DNA of 64,000 nucleotides, taken from Oligoflexales bacterium. GTDB lineage: Bacteria; Bdellovibrionota_B; Oligoflexia; Oligoflexales; RGVZ01. A model generated the notes under the pieces. It searched no databases. It was not told where the DNA came from and saw nothing but the letters and a program-made list of their open reading frames with translations. Each line of letters starts with the position of its first letter. Position 1 is the stretch's first letter. The translations under genes and the position numbers were made by a program. Location of the stretch: positions 13,280 to 77,279 of the forward strand of contig JBIIGV010000002.1 of NCBI GenBank assembly GCA_044236265.1, read 5' to 3'. This document shows positions 20,467 through 30,000 of the stretch, piece by piece.

Positions 20467-22343
20467 CTGCAAATGGGTCTAGGTACAGTTTGGCAAAACT
20501 GCAAAAACTCCTTAAAAAATCCTTTGAGACAAAAGAGTCCACGGGAGGGTTTGATATAACGAGGGCATCTTTTCTTGCCTTAATTTTACTTGGTATCTTC
20601 GGTGTTTTGATTGGGCGCGCAGCAGTCATTCAGTTATTTCCCCCATCCGCGGAAGCGCTTCGACGCATAGCGGCCCGTCAATATGAGCAACATTTGGAGC
20701 TAGCCCCTTACCGAGGCCCGGTTCTAGATCGCAACAGTCACCCCCTGGCCATAAGTGTAAAAAAACCATCCGTCGCGATAAACCCGCGCGTGTTCAGGCC
20801 AAACGCCCAACAAATGAAGCAACTGGCATTACTTCTTGATCTACCTCGCGAAAAGATAAAAGACGTCGCGTCCAAGGACGCGTATTTTGCATGGCTTAAA
20901 CGAAAAATCGACCCCGCCGTAGCACAAAAGGTAGAAGGTCTGGAGCTGAAGGGGCTCTATCTTGTCAATGAGGCCACCCGCCTCTACCCTCTGCAGTCAA
21001 CGGCCGCCCATCTACTCGGAGCCGTAGGCAGTGAAAATCAGGGTTTGCTTGGGATTGAGCGCCAATTCCAGCAACTCCTAGCCGGAAAGACCACCGCTGT
21101 CAGTCCTTCAAAGGACGCCAGAGGAAGAACTATTCTATATTCGAGTGATATGGCTGCACCAGATCTTCCCGGTCATACGATTCAACTCAGCATTGATCAC
21201 GCCATTCAGGAAATCACTGAAGAGGCTTTAACCTCTGGCGTTATCGCTGCACGAGCTAAAAGCGGATTTGCGGTTGTAACCGATCCGCACACAGGAAAAA
21301 TCCTTGCTCTAGCAAACTATCCGACATTTGATCCCAATCAGATTAGTAAAGCTAAAACGGAACACACCAGAAATTATGCGCTCCTAGATCTCTTTGAACC
21401 CGGATCGATCATCAAGCCATTTGTCGTAGCCGGAGCCCTGGAGATGAAAAAAACATCCCCCCATGAACTTCATAATTGCGAAAATGGTGTATACCGTGCC
21501 GGCGGCGTTGTTTTCCGGGACGACCACCCGGCACCGATGCTGTCTACCGTCGAAACGCTCGTAAGGTCGAGCAATATATGTACTTTTAAAATTGCAGAGC
21601 GACTTGGCAAGCAAGGTCTCTACGACATTTTACAGAAATTTGGTTTCGCTGGTGGCATCTCAATTTCTGAGTTTTTCCCTCCTACCATGCGAGGAAGCAT
21701 TGCAAAGCCAGGGTCCTGGAAGCCGATTAGATTTGCAAATGTGGCCTTTGGACAGGGATTTACAACCACTGGAATCGAAATTGCCATGGCATACGGCGCA
21801 TTAGCCAATGGGGGCAACCTAATGCGTCCAATCTTAGTGGATCGCATCACAAGTCCAAGCGGTGAAATCGTTTACGCTGCAACCCCCGAAGCAAGTGCCC
21901 ATGTTCTTTCGATTGATCACGCTCGACAAATGAGAGATATCCTGGCGCGTGTCGTCACGGACAAAAAAGGGACCGCCTCGAAGGCTGCGACAGAAGACTA
22001 CACAACTGGGGGAAAGACCGGAACCGCCGAAAAAGTTGATCCAGTTTTAAAAGCTTATTCACCAGACAAAAGAATTGCCAGCTTTGCTGGCTTTGCACCT
22101 GTTGCAGACCCTTACCTGACAATTTTTGTCATCATCGATGAGCCCGGAGTAAAACCGGCTTATGGCGGTCTCTGGGCGGCACCCGTATTCGCAGATATTG
22201 CGGAAAGAAGTTTAAGATATTTAAATGTAGCGCCCGATAAAAAGCCAACTAAGATAACCTCGCAGGCACAGGCAGCAAAAGTCTCCACTGCAAAGCCAAC
22301 GCCAGCTAACGAGTCAAATGAAAAACCATCGCGCAGATTTTGA
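20463..22343 (+). CDS. ftsI: Class B penicillin-binding protein (FtsI/PBP3)
   Basis: RGPVLDRN, GIE, FEPGSIIK (SxxK), SSN (SxN) and KTGTA. Confidence 0.95.
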   Translation: MTANGSRYSLAKLQKLLKKSFETKESTGGFDITRASFLALILLGIFGVLIGRAAVIQLFPPSAEALRRIAARQYEQHLELAPYRGPVLDRNSHPLAISVKKPSVAINPRVFRPNAQQMKQLALLLDLPREKIKDVASKDAYFAWLKRKIDPAVAQKVEGLELKGLYLVNEATRLYPLQSTAAHLLGAVGSENQGLLGIERQFQQLLAGKTTAVSPSKDARGRTILYSSDMAAPDLPGHTIQLSIDHAIQEITEEALTSGVIAARAKSGFAVVTDPHTGKILALANYPTFDPNQISKAKTEHTRNYALLDLFEPGSIIKPFVVAGALEMKKTSPHELHNCENGVYRAGGVVFRDDHPAPMLSTVETLVRSSNICTFKIAERLGKQGLYDILQKFGFAGGISISEFFPPTMRGSIAKPGSWKPIRFANVAFGQGFTTTGIEIAMAYGALANGGNLMRPILVDRITSPSGEIVYAATPEASAHVLSIDHARQMRDILARVVTDKKGTASKAATEDYTTGGKTGTAEKVDPVLKAYSPDKRIASFAGFAPVADPYLTIFVIIDEPGVKPAYGGLWAAPVFADIAERSLRYLNVAPDKKPTKITSQAQAAKVSTAKPTPANESNEKPSRRF

Positions 22344-25173
22344 TCAAATTTTTCGTGAGCTTGATAGTGTCGGCCTTGAGCCAGAAATTCTATCCAAAGT
22401 GGGCGGGCGACCGCTTTATTCGGGTGTAGCCGCAGACTCCCGACGCGTTACAAAGGATGACATTTTCTGCGCCATAAAAGGCGCGAAAAACGACGGCCAT
22501 GCCCTACTTCAAGACGTCGCAGAAACTTCCACCCTTTTGATTGTTGAAAGAGCAGTCGACGTTACAACGCTTGCTAATGCGAGCATTATAAAAGTTAAAT
22601 CTACGCGCGGAGCCTGGGCCACATTGGCATCTTTCTTCGCAGATCACCCCGCCAATGAACTCATTATGGTTGGGATTACTGGAACAAACGGCAAAACAAG
22701 TACGACATGGTTGCTTCGGGAAATCTTTACGGGACTTGGGATAAAATCAGGAAGCATCGGAACCCTTGGGTTTTTTGCTGGCGAAGAGCACATAGAAAGC
22801 GCGCACACAACACCGGACCCGGATGTGTTGTATCCAATGCTTTCGTCATTTGTCACAAAAGGCTTAACGCACGTGGTGATGGAGGTATCCAGTCATAGCT
22901 TGGCGCAAGGTAAGGTTTGGCCGATCATGTTCGATGCCTGCGCCTTTACCAGTTTTAGTCAGGACCATCTCGATTTTCATTCGTCTATGGATGAGTACCT
23001 GACCGCTAAACTTTTGCTTTTTTCTAGGCATCTCAAAGATGGCGGCATCCCTCTAGTCCACCAAAAGGTTCTCGAATGGCCAGCAGCTAAAATGGAGATG
23101 GCTCGGTTGCCGCACGGCTATCTTTCTTATGGCCATCATTCAACGTACGCAAACTTTCGTGTGCGCTCTGATTCCAATTTTAAACAAGGTTTTTCGCGCG
23201 TAGTAGTCGAAAGCACTGAAGACATGTCAAGCACTCTTACATTGCCAATGGTGGGCGATGTTTTTTGTGAAAACTTCTCAGCCGGCTTGATACTCGCGAC
23301 ACAATTACTTAATTCAAAGCTTTCGATCATTAGTCAAAGAATCGGCCAGTCTCAAATAAAACCAGTTCCAGGGCGCTTAGAGCTTGTACGGACGTCGCAA
23401 AAACCATGGCGGCCATCTGTTTACGTAGATTATGCGCACACGCCTGACGCTCTTGAAAAAAGTATTGCCAACCTATCTTCTACTCCAAAGTCGATCATTA
23501 CCGTTTTCGGATGCGGAGGTGAACGGGACAAAACCAAGCGCCCGATCATGGGTGACATAGCTGCAAGATTATCATCAAAAGTCACCATCACTAGCGACAA
23601 CCCAAGATCTGAGAATCCGGCAACGATCATTGAGGACATTTTGGCAGGTATAGTGGACAAGTCTAACGTCGACTCCATTATCGACCGCAGAGTTGCCATA
23701 AGACAATCCATTGCTGGATGCACAGCACAAACACCAATTTTGATTGCTGGGAAAGGGCATGAACCATACCAGATCATCGGCTCAAAATCGTTTCCTTTCA
23801 GCGATCAAAAAGAGGCGCTAACTGTTCTTGAAGAGTCAAAGGCGTGGCTTGTGGTGGGAGCAGGAGTCACCGGTTTCGCCGCGGCAAAGTTGCTTAGTCA
23901 GGCTAAGGAGAAGGTTTATCTTTACGACGATAAACCAATTCAGATTCCTGAGTATCTCAAAGACTTAACGTCAGTAGTCACGGCTGAAGATGTCCCGTGG
24001 TCTAAAGTCGATTTTGTTGTTAGCAGTCCAGGCTTTTCAAGAGAACATCCGATACTGATGGCGGCTGCTCAAAACAGTAAGGAAATAATTTCTGAAATCG
24101 ACTTGGGCCTTGACCGCTACCGGGGGTCAATCATCGGGGTCACTGGAACAAATGGCAAGTCGACGACTGTCTCTATGATCGAATTTATTTTGCGCAGTAA
24201 AGGAGTCGATGCCGATGCCTGTGGCAATATCGGTATACCACCATCATCGATTCCTATTTGGAAAAAGTCTGACCGCCACGTCTGCGTGTTGGAACTATCA
24301 AGTTACCAGCTAGATGGAAGCTCTGTCTGGCCAACAAGCGCGGCTGCGATCACAAGCTTTTCGGCAGACCATCTTACAAGACACAAGACCATGTCCGGCT
24401 ATTTCGCTGCCAAGTGGCGACTTACAAAGTGGTTAGAGCCATCATCCGTACTGGTGTTGGCGCAAGATGTTGCAGAATTTGCGCTCCGAGAGGGCTCTCT
24501 TTGGCCCAACTGCCGTACAATTATTGTCCGCAAAAATAACGCCATCATCGCTGCTCCAGCCGGTTGCGAATTTGCGGAAATCATCGGCGGACAATTGGAG
24601 TTTGGTGGGTGGCAACTTCAATTTAACCATCTAGGAATCCTGGGAGAGCACAACCAGTTTAATGCTTTCGCAGCAGTCATTCTAGCAAGCCACGTAATGG
24701 GTCTTTCACCACAAGAGCTCATGCCAATTTTGCGTCAATACAAGGGATTGCCATATCGATGCGAGGTTGTTTTTGAAGATGGTCGGCGATCAATCATAAA
24801 CGACAGTAAATCGACAAATTTAGAGAGTACCTTGGCCGCCATGAGCATGGCAAAACGCCCAGTTATTCTTATGATGGGTGGCCAAGGAAAGGGTGAGCCA
24901 TACGATGACCTTAGCCAGGTTAAGGATAAGATCGCCACCTTGATTACATTCGGACACTCCGGTCGAATCATCGCTGATCAGTCCCCAAGCGGGGTTCCTG
25001 TCGAATCATTTGACAAAATGGCCCCGGCCGTCTTGCGCGCACTAGATCTTGCGAAACATCATAATCTTGACGTCATCTTTAGTCCCGGCTGTGCCAGTTT
25101 TGACGAATTTAGAAACTTCGAACATCGCGGCGCTGTCTTTACACAAATGGTCGCAGACCATGCACTTGTATAG
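22318..25173 (+). CDS. murE-murD: Bifunctional MurE-MurD fusion (meso-DAP ligase plus D-Glu ligase)
   Basis: aa 1-~506 are MurE (GTNGKTST, MEVSSH, VDYAHTPDAL, FGCGGERD, DNPR, AGKGHE). aa ~507-951 are MurD (GAGVTG, SSPG, GTNGKSTT, ELSSYQL, NDSKSTN, SPGCASFDEFRNFEHRG). No stop codon at the junction. Confidence 0.93.
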   Translation: MKNHRADFDQIFRELDSVGLEPEILSKVGGRPLYSGVAADSRRVTKDDIFCAIKGAKNDGHALLQDVAETSTLLIVERAVDVTTLANASIIKVKSTRGAWATLASFFADHPANELIMVGITGTNGKTSTTWLLREIFTGLGIKSGSIGTLGFFAGEEHIESAHTTPDPDVLYPMLSSFVTKGLTHVVMEVSSHSLAQGKVWPIMFDACAFTSFSQDHLDFHSSMDEYLTAKLLLFSRHLKDGGIPLVHQKVLEWPAAKMEMARLPHGYLSYGHHSTYANFRVRSDSNFKQGFSRVVVESTEDMSSTLTLPMVGDVFCENFSAGLILATQLLNSKLSIISQRIGQSQIKPVPGRLELVRTSQKPWRPSVYVDYAHTPDALEKSIANLSSTPKSIITVFGCGGERDKTKRPIMGDIAARLSSKVTITSDNPRSENPATIIEDILAGIVDKSNVDSIIDRRVAIRQSIAGCTAQTPILIAGKGHEPYQIIGSKSFPFSDQKEALTVLEESKAWLVVGAGVTGFAAAKLLSQAKEKVYLYDDKPIQIPEYLKDLTSVVTAEDVPWSKVDFVVSSPGFSREHPILMAAAQNSKEIISEIDLGLDRYRGSIIGVTGTNGKSTTVSMIEFILRSKGVDADACGNIGIPPSSIPIWKKSDRHVCVLELSSYQLDGSSVWPTSAAAITSFSADHLTRHKTMSGYFAAKWRLTKWLEPSSVLVLAQDVAEFALREGSLWPNCRTIIVRKNNAIIAAPAGCEFAEIIGGQLEFGGWQLQFNHLGILGEHNQFNAFAAVILASHVMGLSPQELMPILRQYKGLPYRCEVVFEDGRRSIINDSKSTNLESTLAAMSMAKRPVILMMGGQGKGEPYDDLSQVKDKIATLITFGHSGRIIADQSPSGVPVESFDKMAPAVLRALDLAKHHNLDVIFSPGCASFDEFRNFEHRGAVFTQMVADHALV

Positions 25174-25199
25174 AGAATTCTGTATAATAGCAGAAGGAG

Positions 25200-26363
25200 T
25201 TGCCAAGTATGACTAGTGTAGCCAAACCAAGCTCAGCCACTTGCGAAGTGAATAAACTTCAAAGCGCCGGACAACTTCTATTTGCCACCACTCTTTTGCT
25301 CGTTATGTCTGGATTGATCATGGTCTATGCGGCCAGTGCTCTGAAGGGCGAACAGCAGTTTAATGATGCGTTTTTCTTCATTCGCAAGCAAGGAGCCGTT
25401 GCGCTGGCTGGATTTGCGTCAGTAGCTTTAATCGCAAAAGTGCCTATGCGATTCATAGAGCGCATGACGCTTCCTTTGCTAGTGGGTTCACTTATTTTGT
25501 TAGCATTAATTTTTGTACCCGGTGTTTATAAGACCGGCGGTGGTGCGGCCCGATGGATCTCACTGGCCGGCTTTCGATTTCAAACATCAGAATGTGCCAA
25601 ATTAGCCCTGGTTTTTTTCTTAGCTAAAAATCTTTCGCGAAAAGGTTTCAATATAAATTCATTCAAGTCTGGCGTTTTGCCTAATGTTTTTGTGTTTTGT
25701 CTGTTTGCTCTATTCATGATGAAACAACCAGACTTCGGCTCTACAGTTCTGATGGGCACCGTCATGGTTGGAATGCTTTTTGTCGCGGGATTAGATTTTC
25801 GGCTCATTATCGGTGCTTTTTTTGCGGCTCTGGCCGCAGTCGTTGCTGCTATTTTAGTTGCGCCTTACCGTCTAGCGCGTCTCACAAGTTTTTTGGATCC
25901 TTGGGCTCAAATCAAAGGCGGTGGATTTCAAATTATTCAGTCGTACTTGGCATTTCAAAATGGCGGGCTTATGGGGTCAGGACTAGGAGAAAGTCGGCAG
26001 AAGCTTTTCTTCCTTCCGGAAGCTCACACGGACTTTATTTTGGCCGTGCTGGCAGAGGAGCTTGGATTTCTCGGAGTGACTTTCATTTGCCTTGCGTTTG
26101 CGTACTACTGCTTTCTTGGCTTTCGTATTGCCTTCTTGCAGACCCACCCGTTTAGGATGTACCTTGCGTTCGGGCTCACCTCCATGATCGGTTTTCAGGG
26201 GGCAATTAACATGTGCGTCGCGATGGGAATGCTACCTACAAAGGGAATTCCGCTTCCATTTATCAGTAGTGGAGCAAGCAGTCTTTTGATGAGTCTCGTG
26301 GCGACCGCTCTTTTGTGGCGACTGACGATCGAAGATCATGACGAACAAAAACGACGATCTTAA
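25200..26363 (+). CDS. ftsW: SEDS peptidoglycan polymerase FtsW
   Basis: GAARW, QPDFG, LPEAHTDFI, EELG and PTKGIPLPFISSG. Confidence 0.95.
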   Translation: MPSMTSVAKPSSATCEVNKLQSAGQLLFATTLLLVMSGLIMVYAASALKGEQQFNDAFFFIRKQGAVALAGFASVALIAKVPMRFIERMTLPLLVGSLILLALIFVPGVYKTGGGAARWISLAGFRFQTSECAKLALVFFLAKNLSRKGFNINSFKSGVLPNVFVFCLFALFMMKQPDFGSTVLMGTVMVGMLFVAGLDFRLIIGAFFAALAAVVAAILVAPYRLARLTSFLDPWAQIKGGGFQIIQSYLAFQNGGLMGSGLGESRQKLFFLPEAHTDFILAVLAEELGFLGVTFICLAFAYYCFLGFRIAFLQTHPFRMYLAFGLTSMIGFQGAINMCVAMGMLPTKGIPLPFISSGASSLLMSLVATALLWRLTIEDHDEQKRRS

Positions 26364-27732
26364 GGTAGAATTGGCATCTATTTCGCCAATTCATTTTATT
26401 GGTGCTGCGGGTAGTGGCATGAGGCCTCTCGCCGAGTTTGTAGCGGGCCTCGGCATTCAAGTTTCTGGAAGTGACTCCAAAGCTGACGGTATTAAGGCTA
26501 GTTTTCCATTACATGTTGAAGGATCACCTGAGGATCAACAGCGGCAGCTGTTGGCAAAAACGATCGTTTATTCTAGCGCTATCGGTCCTAGTCATCCTGC
26601 TTTTGTGACAGCTAAAACTTCGGATAAACGCACGCTTCATCGAAGCGAGTTACTAGCTATTATTTGTAAGTTTTATCAGACCATTGCGGTCGCGGGTACC
26701 CATGGAAAATCAACGACATCTGCAATGGTGGCGCATGTTTTGAAGCAGATCGGCGATGAACCCTCATGGATAATCGGAGCGCCATTTGCTTCAGGAGAAG
26801 ATTCCGTTCGCATCGGCTCTGGTCCTTGGTTAGTCATTGAGGCTGATGAGTCGGACGGGTCCTTTTTGCGCTACGAAACACATGTTTCCGTTGTTACCAA
26901 TATTGATGCCGATCATATGGACTACTACCAAACGGTTGATAGGCTTAACGAAGCTTTCAAGAAATATTTAGGCCAGACCAGCACTCGAGGAGGCATTGTC
27001 TTCTCTGCTGATCATGGCTCAACCGCAGTAGCGGCTGCTGACTACAGGGGCTTCAAAATATCCTATGGGCTTTCGAACGAAGCAGACTTGCAGGCCGAAA
27101 ACTACCGTGTCTCAGGCTTGTCGGCCAGATCGTCTATAAGTTTTAAGGAAGAACGCGCTGAACTTACATTGCCACTACCCGGCAAACACAATACGTCAAA
27201 CGCACTGGCAGCTATTGGGGTCGGACTTACTATCGGACACTCTCTCCCCAAGCTTGCTAGCGCTCTCGGCAACTTTCCAGGTGTCCAGCGTAGGCTTCAA
27301 CGATATCCAGGCAGCTCAAATGCAATTATATTCGATGATTACGCCCATAATCCCCAGAAAATTCAAAGTTGCATAAAGGGTCTAGAAGAGGCCTTCCCAG
27401 GGCGCAGAATTATCGCCTGCTTTCAGCCACATAGATTTTCTAGAATTTCAAGTCTCTACGGTGAATTTATTGCATCCTTCAAGGGTAGAGACATTGTTGT
27501 TGTAGTTCTGCCCGTTTACGCATCTGGCGAGGCGCCCATAAAGGGGTTTGAGGCCTCCCGCATCGCCTCAGACATTGCCAGAGTTTCAGGGGCCGAAACT
27601 TTTTCTGAGTCGACTTTTAAAGGCTGCGCCGAATTGATAAAATCAATGTTAGACCCAAACAATGACGTCGTAGTTACGATTGGGGCCGGCGATATATGGA
27701 AAGTCGCGAGGCTTCTATCCTTGAATCTCTAG
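26338..27732 (+). CDS. murC: UDP-N-acetylmuramate--L-alanine ligase
   Basis: IHFIG..GSGM, GTHGKSTT, EADESD, DHMDYY, DDYAHNP and FQPHRFSR. Confidence 0.95.
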   Translation: MTNKNDDLKVELASISPIHFIGAAGSGMRPLAEFVAGLGIQVSGSDSKADGIKASFPLHVEGSPEDQQRQLLAKTIVYSSAIGPSHPAFVTAKTSDKRTLHRSELLAIICKFYQTIAVAGTHGKSTTSAMVAHVLKQIGDEPSWIIGAPFASGEDSVRIGSGPWLVIEADESDGSFLRYETHVSVVTNIDADHMDYYQTVDRLNEAFKKYLGQTSTRGGIVFSADHGSTAVAAADYRGFKISYGLSNEADLQAENYRVSGLSARSSISFKEERAELTLPLPGKHNTSNALAAIGVGLTIGHSLPKLASALGNFPGVQRRLQRYPGSSNAIIFDDYAHNPQKIQSCIKGLEEAFPGRRIIACFQPHRFSRISSLYGEFIASFKGRDIVVVVLPVYASGEAPIKGFEASRIASDIARVSGAETFSESTFKGCAELIKSMLDPNNDVVVTIGAGDIWKVARLLSLNL

Positions 27733-27756
27733 ATAATAACTTTTGAGAGGAACCAT

Positions 27757-28671
27757 ATGATTCGTTTTCTAAAGCGTAAGAGCGGAAAGAAACGATCGGT
27801 TCTCGAAAAACAACGTATTTCTAAAAATACTGGAAAAAAAGGCCTCCTTGACACGTCCTTCTCATGGTCACTCGGAGCAAAGTCTTTGCTCGCTGTGCTG
27901 TTTGTTGTTGTTATTGCCGCACTTTCAATCAGAGTGATTGACAAGATTAATGGTGTTATTTCCTATGTAAACTCCCTGATCGTCCTTTCGCCAACCGAAT
28001 GGAAAATTGAAGTTGTTTCTGACGGTGGCGTACCCTTGCCCGAAGACGTAAAAAAGGAAGTATACAAGGTTGCTGGCAGAGCTTTAAAAACTGGTGCCTC
28101 TGGTGAGTTAAAAAAGCTCTCCAAGCTTGTTGAATCCCTAGGAATGGTTGATCATGTAAGAGTCATTCGTCCGGTTGCAGACACGGTTATACTCTCGGCC
28201 CAACTTCGGCGCCCCGTGCTTTTAGTTAATACAGGCGCAAAGACCAGATATTTATCCTTGGATGCAACTGTCTTTGGAGACAGCGCAGATAGCACTGGAA
28301 ACCCCTCTGGCGCAAGCCCAGCGGTTATCGTGACTGGCGTATTCGATCAAAGACAAAATCCAACCATCGATGATTCCATGCGCGTTGTTACAACGACCGA
28401 GGAGCGCCGTCATCTTGCGGATGCTTTAGAGGTCTGGCAGAAATCAAATGAGTCGATGATTGAGCTGCGTCAAATTAATTTTCAGAAATTTCGCGGATAC
28501 TCCATTACGCTTGCCGACGGAACGGAGGTCGTTCTGGGAATCAAGCCATTCGATTACAAATTGAAAAAACTACGAGGAATTCTCGAAAACTTAAAGAAGG
28601 ATGGTTCGGTGGCTGCGCGCATCGAGCTCGACTATGAAGGCAAAGCCTTTATTAAGGAAAAAAAGCTATGA
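27757..28671 (+). CDS. ftsQ: FtsQ/DivIB-like cell division protein (divergent)
   Basis: Basic N-terminus, one TM segment, POTRA-like and beta domain ending RIELDY; lies before ftsA/ftsZ. Confidence 0.6.
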   Translation: MIRFLKRKSGKKRSVLEKQRISKNTGKKGLLDTSFSWSLGAKSLLAVLFVVVIAALSIRVIDKINGVISYVNSLIVLSPTEWKIEVVSDGGVPLPEDVKKEVYKVAGRALKTGASGELKKLSKLVESLGMVDHVRVIRPVADTVILSAQLRRPVLLVNTGAKTRYLSLDATVFGDSADSTGNPSGASPAVIVTGVFDQRQNPTIDDSMRVVTTTEERRHLADALEVWQKSNESMIELRQINFQKFRGYSITLADGTEVVLGIKPFDYKLKKLRGILENLKKDGSVAARIELDYEGKAFIKEKKL

Positions 28672-29846
28672 CAGGCCGGCTTTCAAGAAAAGACAAGCGC
28701 TTGGCCTTTATTGACATCGGGCACGGGACACTACGCATGCTCGTCACAAATAGTGACGAGTTAGAGGCGTCAGCTTATGAGGCACCTTGCCTTGGTTTAG
28801 CCAAAGGAAAAATAATCGACCCATCAGCTTTCTCTACGTCGATCAGCCAGCTTTTGAAATCAGCCAATATCTCCGGGGATGGCCTGCGCGTCATCGTTTC
28901 TGTGCCCACGCTCCACACACGCATCATCCGAAGGACTATAGAACACCGTTGTAGCGGACACTATAGATCTACGGACTATCAAAGCTTGCATGACGCCGCT
29001 ATTGACTCTTGCTCAAGCGAGCTTGACGAAGTTGTCGACGTTCTTTTAACTCAGGCTTGGCTTGATCAAAAGAGCATTGACCCCTTATCGTTTGGACATC
29101 AAGGCCGCAATCTGCGAGCTCAAGCTCTACTTGCGACCCACCCAAAAACCCTACTGGCAGATATTATTTCTTGTATGAACTCCGTTGGCCTTGAGGTCTC
29201 AGAATTTCGATCTGGTTTTTTTGGACTGTTTAGGGCTGTATTTGCCCTGCGGCCTGGGATTGAAAATGCTGTTTTGATTGACGTCGGGCACAGCACGACA
29301 TCTGGCGTGATGATTATCGGTGGGTCGGCGCAACAAGTTTTCTCTGTCGGAGCTGGAAGTCACCACATTACCAAGGATCTTGCCGTCGGTCTTGGTGTGG
29401 AGACCGCCGAGGCCGAGTTGACCAAGAGGCAGGTTGGTGTCTCCCTGGAGAACGGCGGTTCAAATTTTTCAAAGTTCATTCGCCCGCGGGTCGCCGAGCT
29501 TTTCGCTCTTAGTCTTAAGCATTTTGCCATTTACGCGAAAGCACTTGATGGTGGGCTTATGTTCTGCGGAGGCGGCTCCCAGCTTCCAGGTTTTTCGAGT
29601 TTTTCGGAAAAAGCCATGGGCGTTCCATCTCCGTTTATCTGCAATCTTTCAAATAAATCGGCAGCAGCCTTTCTGGATATGAAGGTGACAACGAACTCCA
29701 CCCGTATTGACTCAAGCTGGCTTGCAATTCTTGCTCACGCGAGATTCAGACACGAGGAAGAGGCGGTTCGACGATTCGAACGCGAATCTGGTCCGCTCGC
29801 GAAACTGAGACCTTTGTGGACATGGCTATCTGAGTTGTCGAGATAA
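28668..29846 (+). CDS. ftsA: FtsA-like actin-fold protein (divergent)
   Basis: IDIG, G..KGKIID, LIDVGHSTT, HITKDLA...AE..K, IRPRVAELF, CGGGSQLPG and a C-terminal amphipathic helix; upstream of ftsZ. Confidence 0.8.
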   Translation: MTGRLSRKDKRLAFIDIGHGTLRMLVTNSDELEASAYEAPCLGLAKGKIIDPSAFSTSISQLLKSANISGDGLRVIVSVPTLHTRIIRRTIEHRCSGHYRSTDYQSLHDAAIDSCSSELDEVVDVLLTQAWLDQKSIDPLSFGHQGRNLRAQALLATHPKTLLADIISCMNSVGLEVSEFRSGFFGLFRAVFALRPGIENAVLIDVGHSTTSGVMIIGGSAQQVFSVGAGSHHITKDLAVGLGVETAEAELTKRQVGVSLENGGSNFSKFIRPRVAELFALSLKHFAIYAKALDGGLMFCGGGSQLPGFSSFSEKAMGVPSPFICNLSNKSAAAFLDMKVTTNSTRIDSSWLAILAHARFRHEEEAVRRFERESGPLAKLRPLWTWLSELSR

Positions 29847-29880
29847 GCTTTTTTAAAAGTAATCATTTACAGTCAAAAAG

Positions 29881-29910
29881 TTGACACGCTGTTTCAGCAG
29901 TCCTTATAAT
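29881..29910 (+). promoter_or_regulatory. Consensus sigma70 promoter for ftsZ
   Basis: TTGACA(29881-86)-N18-TATAAT(29905-10); AAGGAGG RBS before ATG 30001. Confidence 0.85.
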
Positions 29911-30000
29911 TTTACTTATATTTTGTTTTATCTGTTTACTAATCGGACGGTTGTTAATCTTAGGACCACTTAGAGATTAACGCCTGCAAGGAGGCTGACC

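Noticed and set aside
23821..23860. Possibility that murE and murD are separate genes joined by a sequencing error
   Set aside because: Both halves are in the same frame and abut with no intergenic space, remnant stop or ATG. The nearby in-frame GTG codons fall inside the first MurD beta strand. Read-level confirmation is still advisable.
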